DNA of 64,000 nt from Marsupella aquatica. Its lineage: Eukaryota > Plantae > Marchantiophyta. A model generated the notes under the pieces. The model saw only the letters and a list, made by a program, of their open reading frames with translations, was not told the DNA's origin and searched no databases. Shown piece by piece: positions 10,605-24,994 of the stretch. The stretch covers positions 6,440,136 through 6,504,135 of the forward strand of contig OZ316895.1 in NCBI GenBank assembly GCA_973895155.1, in the 5' to 3' direction. The position numbers and the translations under genes were made by a program. Numbering within the stretch: position 1 is the first letter of the stretch; each line of letters begins with the position of its first letter.

Positions 10605-13600
10605 CAGACTCGTGCCTTGTTTCGAAGTTTTTCTATCAAATTTAGATTCTTATCCCTTTGTGATGGGATTGCAGTAATGTCACTGCCACTCGCCTTGAGG
10701 ATCTGCTCTGGTTTTCATGGGTGATGTACAGTCGTTTGTGGTCGATATTAGGAGACTTGTCCCCATTTGTTGGTTAGCAGATAGACGCTTATGGTCATTC
10801 TGCTGGCACGTACGTAAGCAACGTAGTTTACCTGTCCTAGAGCAGAGTGCCATTTGTTAAGATCAGAGTCCTTTCTACTTGAAGGTTGGAGTCTTTTGAG
10901 CATTATAAATAAGATGAAGACTTCGGACGCCATTGATATCTGATGAGGTTATTTCGCAAATCGCGCCACATTCTTTTAATCATTTGATGTGTTGGACTGT
11001 TTTTCAAATAATTGACCTTTTATCTCGTCCTGAACCATATTATTCAGGACCAGCCGTTATTAGGTCAATAATAGGGAGTCTTTGGTGGAGGAGGACGAAA
11101 TTGATAGTCTGAAACGGCGTCCATCAGATGTTTTGCACTGGTCGTCCACTTTGGCTATTGCACTTGTTAACCACTCAAATCGATGTCCCCCCTATACAAT
11201 GACTAGATTGTCGGAGAAGAAATCTGCATTCTATCCGATTCATAGCAAGTTGAAACACTCACTCCGATTATTGTGGGATTTGGAGGCTGATCTAGATGCT
11301 TTGTGTGTGCTGAATTGTTAGATTTGAATGACTTGAAATGCAGGAAGTCTCTAAACTAAATAAAGTCCAATGCTTGGTCAAACCAGAGTAGCAAACCAGA
11401 CCAATCCTTGAGAAGCAAGATATTGACAATCTTGTATCGATTTTTCCGTCTGCTGGACTGTTCGCATTAGAATCATGGGTAGTTCTTGAAGTTGTGTCTA
11501 AAAGTAGTTTCAGTACTTGAGGACCAGCAGCAATCTCAGATGCGGTCCTGACGTTCATGTCTGGAGGTCTCTAATCGTATTAGAGTTTCTATTCGGTCAA
11601 ACCTTTCCTAAAGTACTTGAGATAGCTTCTTCATACAAATAGGACTTCACGTCCAAACCACTCCAAGTTACTTCAAATTTCAACATCGTAGGGTCCCTTA
11701 AGTTATCATGTCTCCACCGCAAAACTTCCACAGGAGAAGGCACCTCCGTTGCAACTTTGGGCCCGAGTTCCTCTTTACCCCTATTTGATTCGATATCCAG
11801 AAGCAACAGCCAGTTCTTTGGGGTTGTGGAAGCTGTTGAGTATCGGACAACGAAAGACAAACGTGCGAGGTCATGAACTCGAAACTAAGTAACTCAAAAT
11901 CTTGCTCGCTGATCTGACTTAGTGCAAGTTAGATGACATGTGCTTCCTTTCTTGTTTCAGCAACACCCTTGTAATAAGAGGTTCAGCCAAAGCATAAAAT
12001 ATAATCTTGTGTCACCAAGGATGTCGTAATCATTGTTCCAAACTAATTCAGTTCAGCATACTTCTGCAGCACGTGATTACACGGAGTCATACACCTTGTT
12101 CGTGCTAACCTCGTTTCCAACAAACGCTTGTCCTGCGTTGCCAATCGCTTCTCCCTGTGAGGACACTTCAAAATCATACACAATGATTTCTTCCCAGGAA
12201 GTTTTTATGAATTTATCATAACCCTGAAAGCCCCACGGATAGGCCAGGCAGCACAAAAAGCCAAATAGTACAAAAAGGAACAACTCCGACATGGAGGCCA
12301 GAAAGGGGGCATGAAAAGAAGTAAAAGCAAAGCCAAGAGAGGCCGGTCGAACATACACGCCATAACTAGACAAGCAACGCAGCACCAGAAGCAAAACTCC
12401 CCAGTCAACCCAAATAGGGGACCCAGCAGCGGAGCAGGACATACACATGATTTCTTGTCACAGATTGAAAACTCAGATTAGTTCAGCCAGTTTCTATCGA
12501 GTGTAAAATGGAGTTCTGTTAAGAGAAGACAGTGTTAAGCCTCTTCGAAGGACGTGCCCCTGATGAGCAGACCTGAGGTTCACTGGACATGTTTATTCAC
12601 ACCATACAAGGGCAACGCGTTTGTTTTTACTCAGGGCATGAGACCCAGGGCATTTAATACAATCGTTTCGGCGTGCAATGCGCAAGGTGAGGTACAAGAT
12701 GGTAATGATCCTTTCGGGGTGGGCAGGGTGTAACCTGAAGTACTCAACCTCAACAAAAACGACTACTTTCATGCGCGCTTTCTAGTTAAGGTGCCGTACT
12801 TCTCAGGAATGCAGCTACAGTTATCCCGCATTAATTCAATGTGGGATTGACTGCCATTCTCACCCCCCTGATTAAAATTAAAACTTATAACGGCCCTGGC
12901 ACACTGCATTGTACAGTACGGGGCCCTGGCCCAAAAATTCGTAAAACGGGTGCGCTTCTGTGAAGTCCCCCCTCACAGGTGGCTTTATGCAAGTTGCTGC
13001 TGAGCAGAGCATCTGGGCACTGACTGCAATTGGCACTGATGAACGACTTCCATCGGTTCCACCATGGCTTCCAGCTCTTCTGGCAGCTGTTCTCAAACTC
13101 CGATACCATTTCTTCCAGATCTAGTCCCTGAAGAAAGCGTAGTGAAGCTCCAGAAAGTACCGTGGTACAGTACTGAGAATTGGGACGACGCTGTCGTACA
13201 CTTGATGTGTACACTATCTTAGTCTCATTCCAACGTGCTGGGGAACATCAAGCGTCAAACGTCTTTGCACGTTAATAGGGGGCCATGACTTGCTCCCATT
13301 GCTCCTGTTCCAACTCATCGAATGTGACAATTTTCTCCTGGAATTCCTCGTCAGGATCCAATCTTACATAGTAGTCATGTGTGTTCAACTAAAGTTCTGG
13401 ACAGTGACAAGACCCATCCCATTCATCTGCAAACAATCCCTGGAGGAGTGCATTATCTGCATTAGATACTTAAAGTGTCCATAACGACTGTCAATTTTCA
13501 CGTCAGAACTAGCGTAAAATGTGCATAGTGAATGCTACTTGTGTGCCTGCATGCCTTCATTCCCGATTTGTTCTACAGCGGTGACCAAATCAAGATGGTT

Positions 13601-14124
13601 TCAATCCCCTCCCTCAATTGGGACAAAGCCATACATCTAATTTTCTCGTCTTGCGTCAAAATTGTCCCTCAGCGGTCAGCTCACGCGATGAAAAATGAGG
13701 AAATGTCTTCAATTCAGTGGCAATCCATTCAACGAACTCAAAAGATCCATCGATGGTCATGCCCATCCTGAACCACTCCACGCCCAAATACTTTCAAGAT
13801 TTGAATTTTAAGTGCTGAAGGATAACTCATATCCCTGATAATAATGTTACAAATTTGGCTACTACAAGAGAGGCCACCACTGTCAAGAGCTTGGCAATCA
13901 TGAAGCTGGCTCGTTCTGTGTCTATTTTGCAGATCACATTAAAAGGAACGGCAATATGGGTACCAAACTCGGTGCCTTTGCATTTTGCTATCTTCTTGAT
14001 GCCTTCATCAAAACTTCAGAAGATGGACGAAAACTCCCTGTATTTCTAACATAGTATGAGGAATTTTACAACTCGAAACTCAACAAGTACATTAGAGCAC
14101 CAGGAGACTCAACGCATTAGATTC

Positions 14125-17100
14125 TCAACCATACAAGTCTTCAACGTTACATTCTCCAGTGAAGACGAAGACACTTTTTGGAGATCCACAGTCACCCTCC
14201 GCGAATAAACAACGTTCGTTGGCCACCATGTGCGCAACAATCTTATAGATCATCTCCACCTGCAAGTCGAGTCCATCATCCACGTAGAAGCTGTTAGGGA
14301 AGCAATGACCCCAAATTGCACTTGCCTCGTATTTATCTGATAACCAGTACTACATGCCCACCAAGGATCAAAATGCACCAACCTGAAGTGGAGATTTAGC
14401 TCGTGCAGCAATCTGCTCCACTGTCAATGGTTCTGCAGGCTCCTTACAACTGCATATCCCAAATAATTAATGATTTAGGATAACCTGTCTTCAAGAATAA
14501 CACTATTAATATCTAACAAGAAAAAACGTCCAAAGTCCTTTAGCTGAGTAGCTTTCCCTACCCCTTTCCATTAAAGTCTATGTACAAAAAGCAAGTCCAA
14601 CAAATCTACTTATATTTTCATTGCAATTGATTTTAAGTTATATGAAGAAAAGCATAGACGGTAGACCTTGCTTCGTTGAGCACTGCCAGCACTCTTTTCT
14701 GGAGTGCTAATACCTCAGCAGCAGCCTTCTTCCCAGCCTCCACTCCTTTACACCATAACATCCAACGCATGTTCAGCACTCTCAAGATAACAGCAAACGA
14801 TCCCAAAAAGTCTGGTCTCAACATTGATACATCCAACCTCAGCTACTAGTGCACAACAATGAACCATGAAGTATGCTTTGCATAAACACGTCAAGAAATA
14901 CTTCATCGTGACCAAAAAATTACCACTCACAGACTTTAATAGTGGGCAGATTTCTATCATGCATAATTCAACCAGCTATCAATCCAAAGGGGACCCAGTT
15001 GTACCAATATTAAATGTAGGACCAGTTAAAGATTCTTTACGATATGCAACAAGTGAACGACGTCCCTTACATATTTCATAAAAACTGGGCCTTTCTTAAA
15101 TCATCATGGTGATAGCAACAAAGAACTAGCAAAGCTCCAGTGGTAGCCCGAGATACGTTGGAGATTCACGAGCAATTACCAGGCTGATGATAAGCGTTGA
15201 CATTGATAAGGCTTGCATAGAGCCCAACAGCTCTTTCATATAATGCAATGAGGGCACCAACCGTGCTGGGGTTAATCTCATCAACTGTCACTGTGATCGA
15301 CTCCCTCTTATTGGCGTACAGAGCTGACCTGGTACCCTGCAAGAGATTCAAAGCTGAATTGGCAAATTGTTCATAATAGAGCCTCGAATGGACGATAAAA
15401 CCTTCTTTAGAAGGCTAACGACACAAAACCAACCGCAATTGATTGGTGAAGTTTAAAAAATAGCAGACTGCCTAATCAGTCTCATAGCTCTAGAATAGAT
15501 TGCAAAAAAGGGGCATAGATAACGGGAAATACATAGTTCCCCCTATTGCGCTCCTAGTAGAACACGGAGCAAGACTTCAACTCGTTGGAGCAAATGATAA
15601 GATGACTGACCTGGAGCATACCAAAGAGATAATCCCCACATGTGACACCTGGCTCAAGCTCCCAGTCCCGACCTGGGGGCCTATCCCTCAGAACCTCGAT
15701 AAATGTTGCAAAGAAGTTGTGAACTCCTTCCCTTAGCTGCTGAATGTAACTGCGCACCCAAACCTGCGTTAGTGGAAATGTACTGGAGCTGACTTCACTT
15801 ATTTCGTGGATCTTCTTGGTGACGGGTTACTTCTCATCGCGTCAGTCAATTACTTGACGTTTTTACCTGAGATGGACAGGTAAAAAGGTCCATCTCAGGA
15901 GGCGTTGTCTTTGCACAAAGAATTTTTTTAAACAAAAACACCTAGAACAGATTACAGGCAACACAGGAGATATGGCTCTTGTTTCTCTCAAACGCTTTAT
16001 TCAAATGACATGCAAAACTTACGCATGCTGGTCTGTACTCCCCTTGTTCCCATAGACAGCAAGACCCTGATAGACCTGCATTGCACCACATACAACATGT
16101 AAGAACATTCCAAAGGAGACTGTCAAAATTGTCAAAAGCAACGAGTTGAGGTATTTCACTGCCATAGGACCTACAATTCAGATAAGTTACGCTTTCACCG
16201 GATACAAACAATTAAACATAACAATACTGGTATCTGCTGTACCCTCACCAGATTTCCCTCCAGGTCGTATTCCTTGCCCACAGACTCCATGACTAGTTGT
16301 TGAAGGTAACGGCTGAAGAGGAGCATGCTATCCTTGTAAGGTAGCACCACCATGTCCTGAGTCATAAGTAGCATATCAAGTCACCAAAAACGGTTTGCAT
16401 GAAAACAGGAGTCCTGATATCCACTTCTTTGCACAGGGAAACAGTGGAACGATCAACACTGTCAAAACTTCATACATCATTAAGAATTTCAAAGAGCGAC
16501 TCTTGATAGCTACATGAACATCAAGATGAAAGATCAAGCCAGATTAGGTATCTGCTAGACAACAGCAGCAAGTCCATCGGATGGGAGTCGTGGAATCATC
16601 CCTACCTTTGACCCAACACCATCAGTAGCCCAATACCACCCTAAAGCCAATAAAGCTGCCGGATTTTTCTTTATCTGCAGATTAGACGATGCTGATTAGG
16701 TCGTGATTGCCCTCTGGGATTCATGATGCCTAAAGGAAAAACTGAAAGAAAGAAGAAAGAAGAAAGAAAGAACAACTTAAACGAGGCAAAGAAGACGACA
16801 TTACATCTGGAACTCGAGTTGACTCGTCCATGGCAGCTGCACCATCAATCATTCCTTGTATGTCAATCCCCTGATTTGACAAACATGCAGGAGTAAGTTG
16901 GCGTACAGCGCACTTCTTCAGATCAAATTATTGCAGACTGGAACATGTCTAAGACAACAGAACATGATATCCTTGACAAAGACCCTACCTCTGAGTTATT
17001 GGAATTATTACCTTCGCAAGATTTAAGGTAGGCCCAGTCCGCATAGTAGGTAAACATTACCTGGAGTGCCGCGGGGAGTAACCCCACTGCTGACAGTTCT

Positions 17101-19737
17101 GAGGTTCGTCCACCAACCCAGTCGAACATAGGGAACCTTGCCAACCACCCTTCAATTTGGGCGGTGTTGTCCAGTAAAGAATTTTCTTGAGTGATAGCAA
17201 CACCCTGGATCATATTCCATGTCACAGAAGGAAACTATCACGTAAGGTTGAGAATGGCACCATGATCTACATTTTCAACTTCGCACTCTGTTCAGTCAAG
17301 GTTGCTTACAGAGTTGTAAACCCAAGAAGAAACATCGAGACGATTCCTTTGGAATATATCAATTCCTCCTCTAGTTAAAAAATTGTAAAACATAATTATC
17401 GGATTGCAATATCCCGTAAAATGTCGAGGAATCGTTCTCTGGATTTGTAAAACTGCCGTTAATTAGCCATTAATTTTAAAATGAAGATCAGTTTCGGAAT
17501 GTGAAATGCAAAGAAACTTGTTTTACGCAATGTAGGGAAACCAAACCTGCTTGGAAAATTCAAGACCGCTGTCTCGAAATGCTTTTTGCACCTCCAACAG
17601 CCCATTTCGAGTCTCTGGTGTTCCCCCACTCTGCCGGCCGACAAAAATTCTTTATAAGGAAACGAAGGAGTTTCTCAGGACAATTTACTGCTATAGAGCT
17701 GTCGCTACCGACGCGGATGAGAAATGTTCTGAAATAAATTAAAGCAGACCACCACCAGGCCAATTAAATTTGAGGTGTTGCAGCCAGACTTGCCATAATG
17801 AGAGAAAAGGGGCCCTTCCTAGCCTATACGTATTAAACACGAAGATGAGACAGACCTTGGAGATGACAACCACCAGCGTTGACGACAGCTCAGGCCCTAG
17901 TTGGGCTATCTGGTGGTCGATACCGGCCGGATCAGTATTGTCAATGAACCGTATCTGCATCGCGATCAGACAACAGAATCCTGTCAGAGGTGCAGGCTTC
18001 ACTGACGAAAGTGAAGTCCAGGATACTATGCAACTTCAAGGAATACATGGTCTTCAGATCACGTTGTCACACATCCCCTTTCATACCCAGATACAAATCA
18101 CTTAAACTAAGCAGTACAATTTCTTTCCGTAACCCCTTCACCTGGTCCTTTCCTCTTGAAATGAAACTGAACTACAAATACAAAGCTCAATTCGCTCTCT
18201 TTGCTGTTGAGCTTACTTTACCAGCTTAATAGTCAGGAATGTGTACTTATCTGTAGAATGTAATCGTTCCAAATTTAACCCAAGAAACAAAGCTAGCATA
18301 CCTTTAATCGAGGATTATCCGGAGCTAGAGCTTCTGCCACAAATTGTGGCCCTAGAGCAGAGCCTCCAATTCCCACAGAGAGAACTTGAGTAAAGCGACC
18401 AGCTGGGCAAGGTGGTGGCTTGATCTGTTGCAATACATGGACATTTAGCCATGCGATTAAATCTTAAGTATCACTCTGGTTCAAAGTCCACTGGCGATGA
18501 CTAGTGGCTCTAATGAAGGGAATAAAAACACGAGCTGCTGCAAATAGAGGAACGAGAGAGCAACACGATTAAAACAAGATAGAGCTTCTTGTTCCTGTAC
18601 AGCTACTGTAGTATACGATGGACTCGCCCCATCCTATTTTAGAGACCATTCCTTCATATGCTTTCTGAGGTTATGAACGGAGATTAAGACTATCAGCAGT
18701 CAACTTGATCCAGAGAGTATGTCTCGGTAACATGATCAAAACACAAACCTTCCTTTGGCTAATTTAAGCTTCCGAATTTGTTGAGTGACAAATTTAAACA
18801 CTGTCCACACCAAGCTGAGGGCATAGATCAGGCTCCAAAAGTATAGTTGCTTACGCTTTATGCAAGTTCATGTAGTTCGTTCTTATCAAGTGCGTAGTTC
18901 AATTCAACGGAGGTTTACAAAATAACGAGGAAAGCATTGACGAAAGTCCGTCTCGAAAATTGAAAACAGCGCAACATTCGGTGCTGGCGTGCCTCATTGT
19001 CTAGAACATAGTGAAACTTTTCTGGACTTGATGAAAACAACAATACAAATAACCTTCGCAGAGGCACGATTCAATATGCTGGTGACATTATCAGAAAATT
19101 TGAGAACATTAGCCCTCACCTTTCCGCTGACAACGTCGGCAGCGAACTGCTTCACTGCCTCTAAGGTGTCCGAAATCTGTTTCTGCAGGTAAGGGTTGGG
19201 CGCCAACTCAGGCTTACGCAACCAATAATGACCAACCATTCTTCCCTCGTCCGGGTTGGCAATGGATCCAGCCTCCAAATCAGCCATAGCACGAAACGCA
19301 TGATCAAACTTCGGCTGCATTTCTGCCACAAACTCGTCCGTAACCCCAATTCTGCTCATATCTAAAGCTATTCCCAGCTCCTTGTCCTGGTACAACCATT
19401 CCAAATACCTCCCCCAAAGCTTGAGGGGATCGGTTTCCAACACTGGTTTGCTTTGGAGAACACTCTGCAATGACGACGTCTCCAATTCCGTAGAGGGTTT
19501 ACTGCTGATGGCATTGGTGGTAGACAAATTGCCGGAGCTGGACTGAACCGGGGAGGAGGAGGAGAATTTCTTCACACTAGCCACTGGCAGCTGAAATCTT
19601 GCTCCTCCAGCAGAACAACACTTCACATGCGATGCTGCTGCCCTCCCTGACGAAGATGACGACGATGACGACGATGATACATTCCCAGTGCACGCACGAG
19701 GACACAGTACGTTCAGGCGCTGCGCCAGAGACGCCAT
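14125..19737 (-). CDS. PGI1: Plastid glucose-6-phosphate isomerase, multi-exon, with transit peptide
   Basis: A Ser-rich transit peptide (MASLAQR...) is followed by spliced exons encoding [132 protein letters not shown] and the C-terminal [10 protein letters not shown]. Confidence 0.96.
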
Positions 19738-20481
19738 CGCCACCTCCCTGCTGCGTATCCCAGCAGGCAAGCTTCCTCTTGCCGGCTCAGTCGCTCAGTC
19801 ACTCCCTCCCTCCTTGTCTCCACGAATTGAAACCCACCAAGGCGGAACACATGTACTGCAATGAGTACCCAAATAAACCTCAGACTGAAAGAAATGTACG
19901 TAATAACCGCTCGTGCGCCCAAATTCTAAGCCTCGGCCACCCAAATGCGCGCATTCACGAGCGGAGACCGGGAATCTCTATGGGCGCTGCGCTCTCAAGC
20001 GACAAATCACACTAATGCGTCGACGAATTGGCCAAATTGGCGACCGCACCGGCAATCTAACAATCGTGGATGTAGTCAATCCTCCTCCAGACTCGACACT
20101 TTCCCTCGTCAATCCGCATGAGCGGCTGCAGCAATAACTTGGTCACGGTCCTTTCAGAACACGGTACACAGTACTGTACAGTACAATCCACACTGCTCCT
20201 AATTCCTCGCCCCAGTCGAAATCAACCGACCCACAGAGCCCGCTCCATCGAATTGCTCGCCATCCGTTCCTCGCACTCCCCTCCCGCGAAATTCGTACGC
20301 CGGGTGGCAGTCCCAATGGAGGATTTGGCGAATCCTTCCGTGCCAGGAGTGCGAAGTGGCAGTGGTACAGTAATTGCGATGCCGACAGACTAGTTGACTG
20401 ATTTCTTGATTGTAGTGAGAACTGAGAACAGTCTCAGTGGCGTGAAGGCGGGGCGGGGCATGAGAGAGTTCCTCTCTCAGC

Positions 20482-20527
20482 TCGTCGTCGTCATCATCAT
20501 CGTCGTCATCATCATCGTCGTCGTCGG
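20482..20527 (+). repeat. (TCR)n trinucleotide microsatellite
   Basis: tcgtcgtcgtcatcatcatcgtcgtcatcatcatcgtcgtcgtcg. Confidence 0.85.
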
Positions 20528-20767
20528 TGATGGAGAGGGAAATGTGGAATGGCGAGCTGAGGAGTGAGCGCCATGACAAACCATCTCCGATTCCGATACT
20601 ACTACAGTAGTAGTCCAGTAGCCACAGAACTTCTTCGCGGGCAACCACAGCTTTCTGTAGACAACTCCGTCGCCGGGAGCGGACGGAGCTCGGACGGAGA
20701 TCGACGGCCCTGAACGGAAACGGACGATGACTGAGGAGGGCTAAACCCGATATTCTTTGTGCACTGT

Positions 20768-21115
20768 TATTAGGGGTCTCAAATCTCGAAATTTAACTAT
20801 GTGTATTAGTGGTATTAAGGGGTCACAAAATTTAAACTATGTGTATTGTATTAGTGTGTATTAGTGGCATTAGGGGTCTCAAATCTATAAATTTAACTAT
20901 GTGTATTAGTGGTATTAGGGGGTCTTAAAATTTCAACTATGTGTATTAGTGTATTGTATTCATGTGTATTAGTGTATTGTATTCATGTGTATTAGTGTCA
21001 TTAGGGGGTTTCAAATCTCAAAATTTTAACTATAAGTGTATTGTATGAGTGTATATTAGTGACATTAGGGGTCTCAAATCTCAAAATTTATTTAAATTAT
21101 GTGTATTAGTGTATG
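20768..21115 (+). repeat. Degenerate tandem repeat (~6 units, core attaggggtctcaaa...aactatgtgtattagtg)
   Basis: The core recurs near 20770, 20815, 20870, 20915, 21000 and 21065, with gtgtatt sub-repeats. Confidence 0.85.
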
Positions 21116-21559
21116 TATTTATAAATATTAGCGTGTTTGGGGCTTTATTTAGGCTCGTTTGTTTTATTGAGATTTTTTATATGTAGTTTTGCCTGTTATT
21201 AATCTTTGGAATTGTTTTTACCCCCTCTTAGTGTTTTTAATTTCCTTTTTCTATACCCCTTCTTTAGGTCTATATTTAGTTTTCAGTCATTCCAACCATG
21301 TGTGGAACATCTTATTTCTATCCTTTATATTTACCTGATATTAAATTAACATTTCATACACTATTGATACCTCAAAATGAATGGACCTTAACTAAGTAGT
21401 CAAGGTTAGGGACCAAAAAAGTTATAAACCACCAGATTTATGCTCTGGCAGTGCATTTTGCTAAAATGATTGGTCAGATGCGGACATAAGTCACTGTAGA
21501 GGCAAGTTGGAAAAAAGTTAGGCAAGTTGGAAAAATTAAAACTCTGAATTACCCTGTGG

Positions 21560-22320
21560 AGAAGCTATGGCCATATATTTGTTTATGAACAATAGCCATC
21601 ATCAGCAACTATGAAGCTTTGAGACTCCCTAATTGAAATCAGGCTTTCCAGAAAATGATGCTCTGTGGACAGAACCCGGGAACCATGCAACGTCTGTGTA
21701 TGGTGCCACTTTTTCAGTTCACTCACTCTCCCTAACGTTTCTAGGTTTCAGAAATATTTTTGCCTTGAAAGCCAAAAGCAGACCGATCCGACCGATCCAA
21801 TGTAGGATACTAGACATTCTGCTCCGGAGCATGCAATCCTGTAGGGTAGCCACAAGGAAACGATGCCCAAGGATCTGAGAGTGACCCAGAAGAAGAGGGA
21901 GACAGGATTACACTAGGACCCCGAGTTGGACCAGCTGGACCAGCCTCCCATTGAGTGTGGAGGGGAGATTGAATTTGGGATTTAACATCAAAGTTTGACC
22001 TTCAATATTCCCTTGCTTCAATGGAATAGGCTAGTCTTGGGCTGTTAGATGCAGCTTCAAAGACTAGTCTATGATCTTAGGTTTTAGTGAATAACAATGC
22101 AAGTCATCAATTTCTAAAGATTACTCCATTACTGATTTTCCACACTTTGAGCTTCCAAAAGTTTTTGAGCAAATAAGTTTGACATGAGTATAATAATGGG
22201 ATCTATTTTGTGGGATTTGGTTGGAAGCAGCTTGGAAAGATCTTTTCAATGAGCCTAGAGTGTCAAATTTCAATGAAAATTGAGAGACCAACAAATTCTC
22301 AAACATGACTAACTCCACCT
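21560..22320. repeat. Degenerate dispersed repeat, second copy at ~41050-41580
   Basis: Shared blocks: aaaatgatgctct..accatgcaac / aaaatgatgctct..acattgcaac, caaagtttgaccttcaat..aatggaataggct..ttagatgcagctt and gcttggaaa..tcaa..agcct. Confidence 0.55.
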
Positions 22321-23064
22321 CTCACTCATTGGGGTAATATGTGCTATTTTTGGCAAACATGGAGGTCCATCCTGGCTTCAATTTTGATGACATGAACAAA
22401 ACAAGAATAGAAAATAATTCTCAGTGATTCCATTTTAGATCAATTTTACAAAAATGTTAGAAAACAAATTTGCAAGAATATCACAAATACTTTGAGTATC
22501 TCCTCTAGCCATTGACTTAATTTTCTACACTCTTATAGTGAGTTAAAGAAACTGCCTGCTCCAATCATGTGGCTGTAAACTCCTTGTTATGTACTCAAGA
22601 GGAAAAAAACAAAAATTACTATTACTTGGACTCAAAATCAGTTTTACCAAAATTAGTGTTTTATACTAATTCTTACATAGCACTAATTATTGGGAACAGT
22701 GTAGTTTATCTTGTACATCACTATCTGGATTGTCCATTCTTTGAGTATAAATTAATACAGATTACCTTCAAGCTGCTTTGACATTTACAAGGTCTCACCC
22801 TCACCTTGCCTTGATCCCCACTTTTAGCTTTCACCCTCAATCTCAGTTATGGCCCATAGTCACAATCAAAAGGCTTCACTCGGGCCTTGATAAGTACTTT
22901 TCTATTGGGATTATATAACTAGATTTGTATTTTGCTTTCTACTATCCTTGGCCACTAACCCCCTACGGAATATTCTCAAGCAATCTTGTGATTCCCAAAA
23001 TTGGCAGTATAGTATGCGTCCAAGTGGTCAAATGAGTTAGAACAGTTGAATTACTTATGTAGTA

Positions 23065-23338
23065 CTCAGGGGTCTCACTTCCAAGAAAATCACTCACTAT
23101 GTGTGAGGAAGTGTAAGGCCAAAATTTTATTGATTCTAAGCATGACCTAAAAAATTGTGGGACTCAACCAGTAGGGTGTTTTACATCCATTTATGAACAT
23201 ATAAAAAAGGTAGGGTTTTTCACCTCAAATTTTTCTACTCCAAAAGATTGGGGAAGAAAAATTCTAAAGTTGAAGGGTGTTTGAGAATACAAACCAGTGG
23301 GGGTTCCATCGAGGGTTCCATATTGCGAGACCTCAAGA
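23065..23338 (-). mobile_element. Older diverged copy of the CTCAGGGG-ended MITE family (inverted orientation)
   Basis: The start ctcaggggtctcacttccaagaaaat matches the reverse complement of the right end of 41587-41882. The far end is gcgagacctcaag and the TSD is degenerate. Confidence 0.5.
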
Positions 23339-23975
23339 TGCACTGTCTATTGAATGACACCATGTTGAGACTGAATTGTTTCCAAACCATATTAAGAAAA
23401 AATGAGATACCATACTGAATCTTTATAAGGGGCATTCTTTTGTTGATTTTCAAATAAGTAGACGTTGGGGGGAATAAGGTTATGAAGCATATGGAACTCA
23501 TTGAGCAACTTTTCTTGGATAAGATTTGTACTTGAATGGATGTATGACAATGGCCATTTAACAAGAACAACAATATTTAGAATAGAAAAATTTTACTTTC
23601 ACCCAAAGAGCATTTTGATATCTCAACGAGCCTAGCTTTGGATCTAGAGATCCCATCCAAGCTTATGAGCACTCGAAGATGACAATCAATAAAGCTAAAG
23701 CTTACAAAGGTGCTTTTAAAAGTACAATATACTGTTTGATTGAATTGCTTGATGGAGGAAACAATAGTTTTGTCTTGCTTGTTTTTTAAATATTTTTCTT
23801 GTTTTGCTTCATGTTTTGTGTTTAGATATTGAAGTACTTGTGGGGATCCAAATGTAACAACTTAGCACACATTACAAGTCATGATTAGATTATAATTATA
23901 AAGCTAAGAATGATTTCTAAACTTGCATGATATTATTTTATAGTATGAAAACATGCATTTGAACTAGGATGACAT

Positions 23976-24377
23976 GTGTTGAGCAAAGACGACATTCACA
24001 TTGGAAAGCCCATGATCATCCAACGCACAAGTAGTTGACATAGAGAGATATGTGATTCACCTCGGCTAGGCTACGTCCACAGGAACACAAGTGAGCATTA
24101 CTACACTCTAGGCTCGTTGGCCATGCCGTGTTTGTGCAATACAAGTTCTCTCTATCTCTCAATTGGCTCAATAATAATGAGCAAGGCAATGAGCTAGAGT
24201 TTCTCCTATCCAAACAAAGACCGCTTGGGATATAGTGTGTACAACGGCTAACAAAGTCAAGTTTATGACTAAGCCCTAAGTACAATGACAGTCATAACTC
24301 TAGACTAAAGAGTAAATAACAATCTGTCCCTTGACATATTAGTTTAGGGGAGGGTAACATTGCACTGCTAACCTATA
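23976..24377 (-). mobile_element. Older Copia-family LTR plus PPT-like and 3' internal sequence (continues at 39021-39230)
   Basis: tgttgagcaaagacgac...gagtaaataaca is homologous to the 345-bp LTR and is followed by atctgtcccttga..ggggagggtaa. Region 39021-39230 matches 24820-24995 of the young element. Confidence 0.75.
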
Positions 24378-24398
24378 CTTAGGGGTCTCACTACATGG

Positions 24399-24743
24399 TG
24401 TTGAGCATAGACGACGATCGCAACGGCAAGCCCATGAACCATCCAACGCACAATAGTCGACACAGAGAGATACGTGGTTCACCTCCACATGAGGCTACGT
24501 CCACGGGAACACACAAGAGCTTTACTGCACTCTAGGCCGACCGGCCATACCAAGCATCTATAGCACAAGCTCTCCCCATCTCTCAACTGGCTCCGTAACA
24601 ATGAGCCTGAGTTCCACCTCTCCAAGCAAACACCGCTTGGTTATAGAGTGTGCACAGCATGACTAACCTAACCAAGTTTGTGACTAAGGTTAGTCTTAAC
24701 TACGATATATTTGTAACTCTAGACCTAAGAGTAAATCCTAACA
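24399..24743 (-). repeat. Copia 3' LTR
   Basis: Near-identical to 38365-38709; the PPT (aagggggagat on the minus strand) is adjacent. Confidence 0.95.
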
Positions 24744-24994
24744 ATCTCCCCCTTGACTCTGGTCTAGGGGAGGGTAAAGACTACTACCAATATGACTGCT
24801 CAGCGGGAAGTTCTGGAAAGAAAAACCAAACCGGTTTTTCCCTCTTTATACGAGAGTAGACCAAAACTAAGCCGTAGCCTATACAAGGAATGAGCAAGAG
24901 CATATCTCAGTATCTACACAAATGTTAAGTAACCCTACTTGTGAGGCAATTGCAAAACCTGCAACGCATGACGGTGTCTAGAAAAACTCTCCAT

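Noticed and set aside
12885-13214. 109-aa Trp/Cys-containing ORF downstream of PGI1
   Set aside because: No recognisable family or supported splice structure.
20199-20648. 149-aa ORF with poly-Asp
   Set aside because: The poly-D comes from a (TCR)n microsatellite and the rest shows no recognisable domain.
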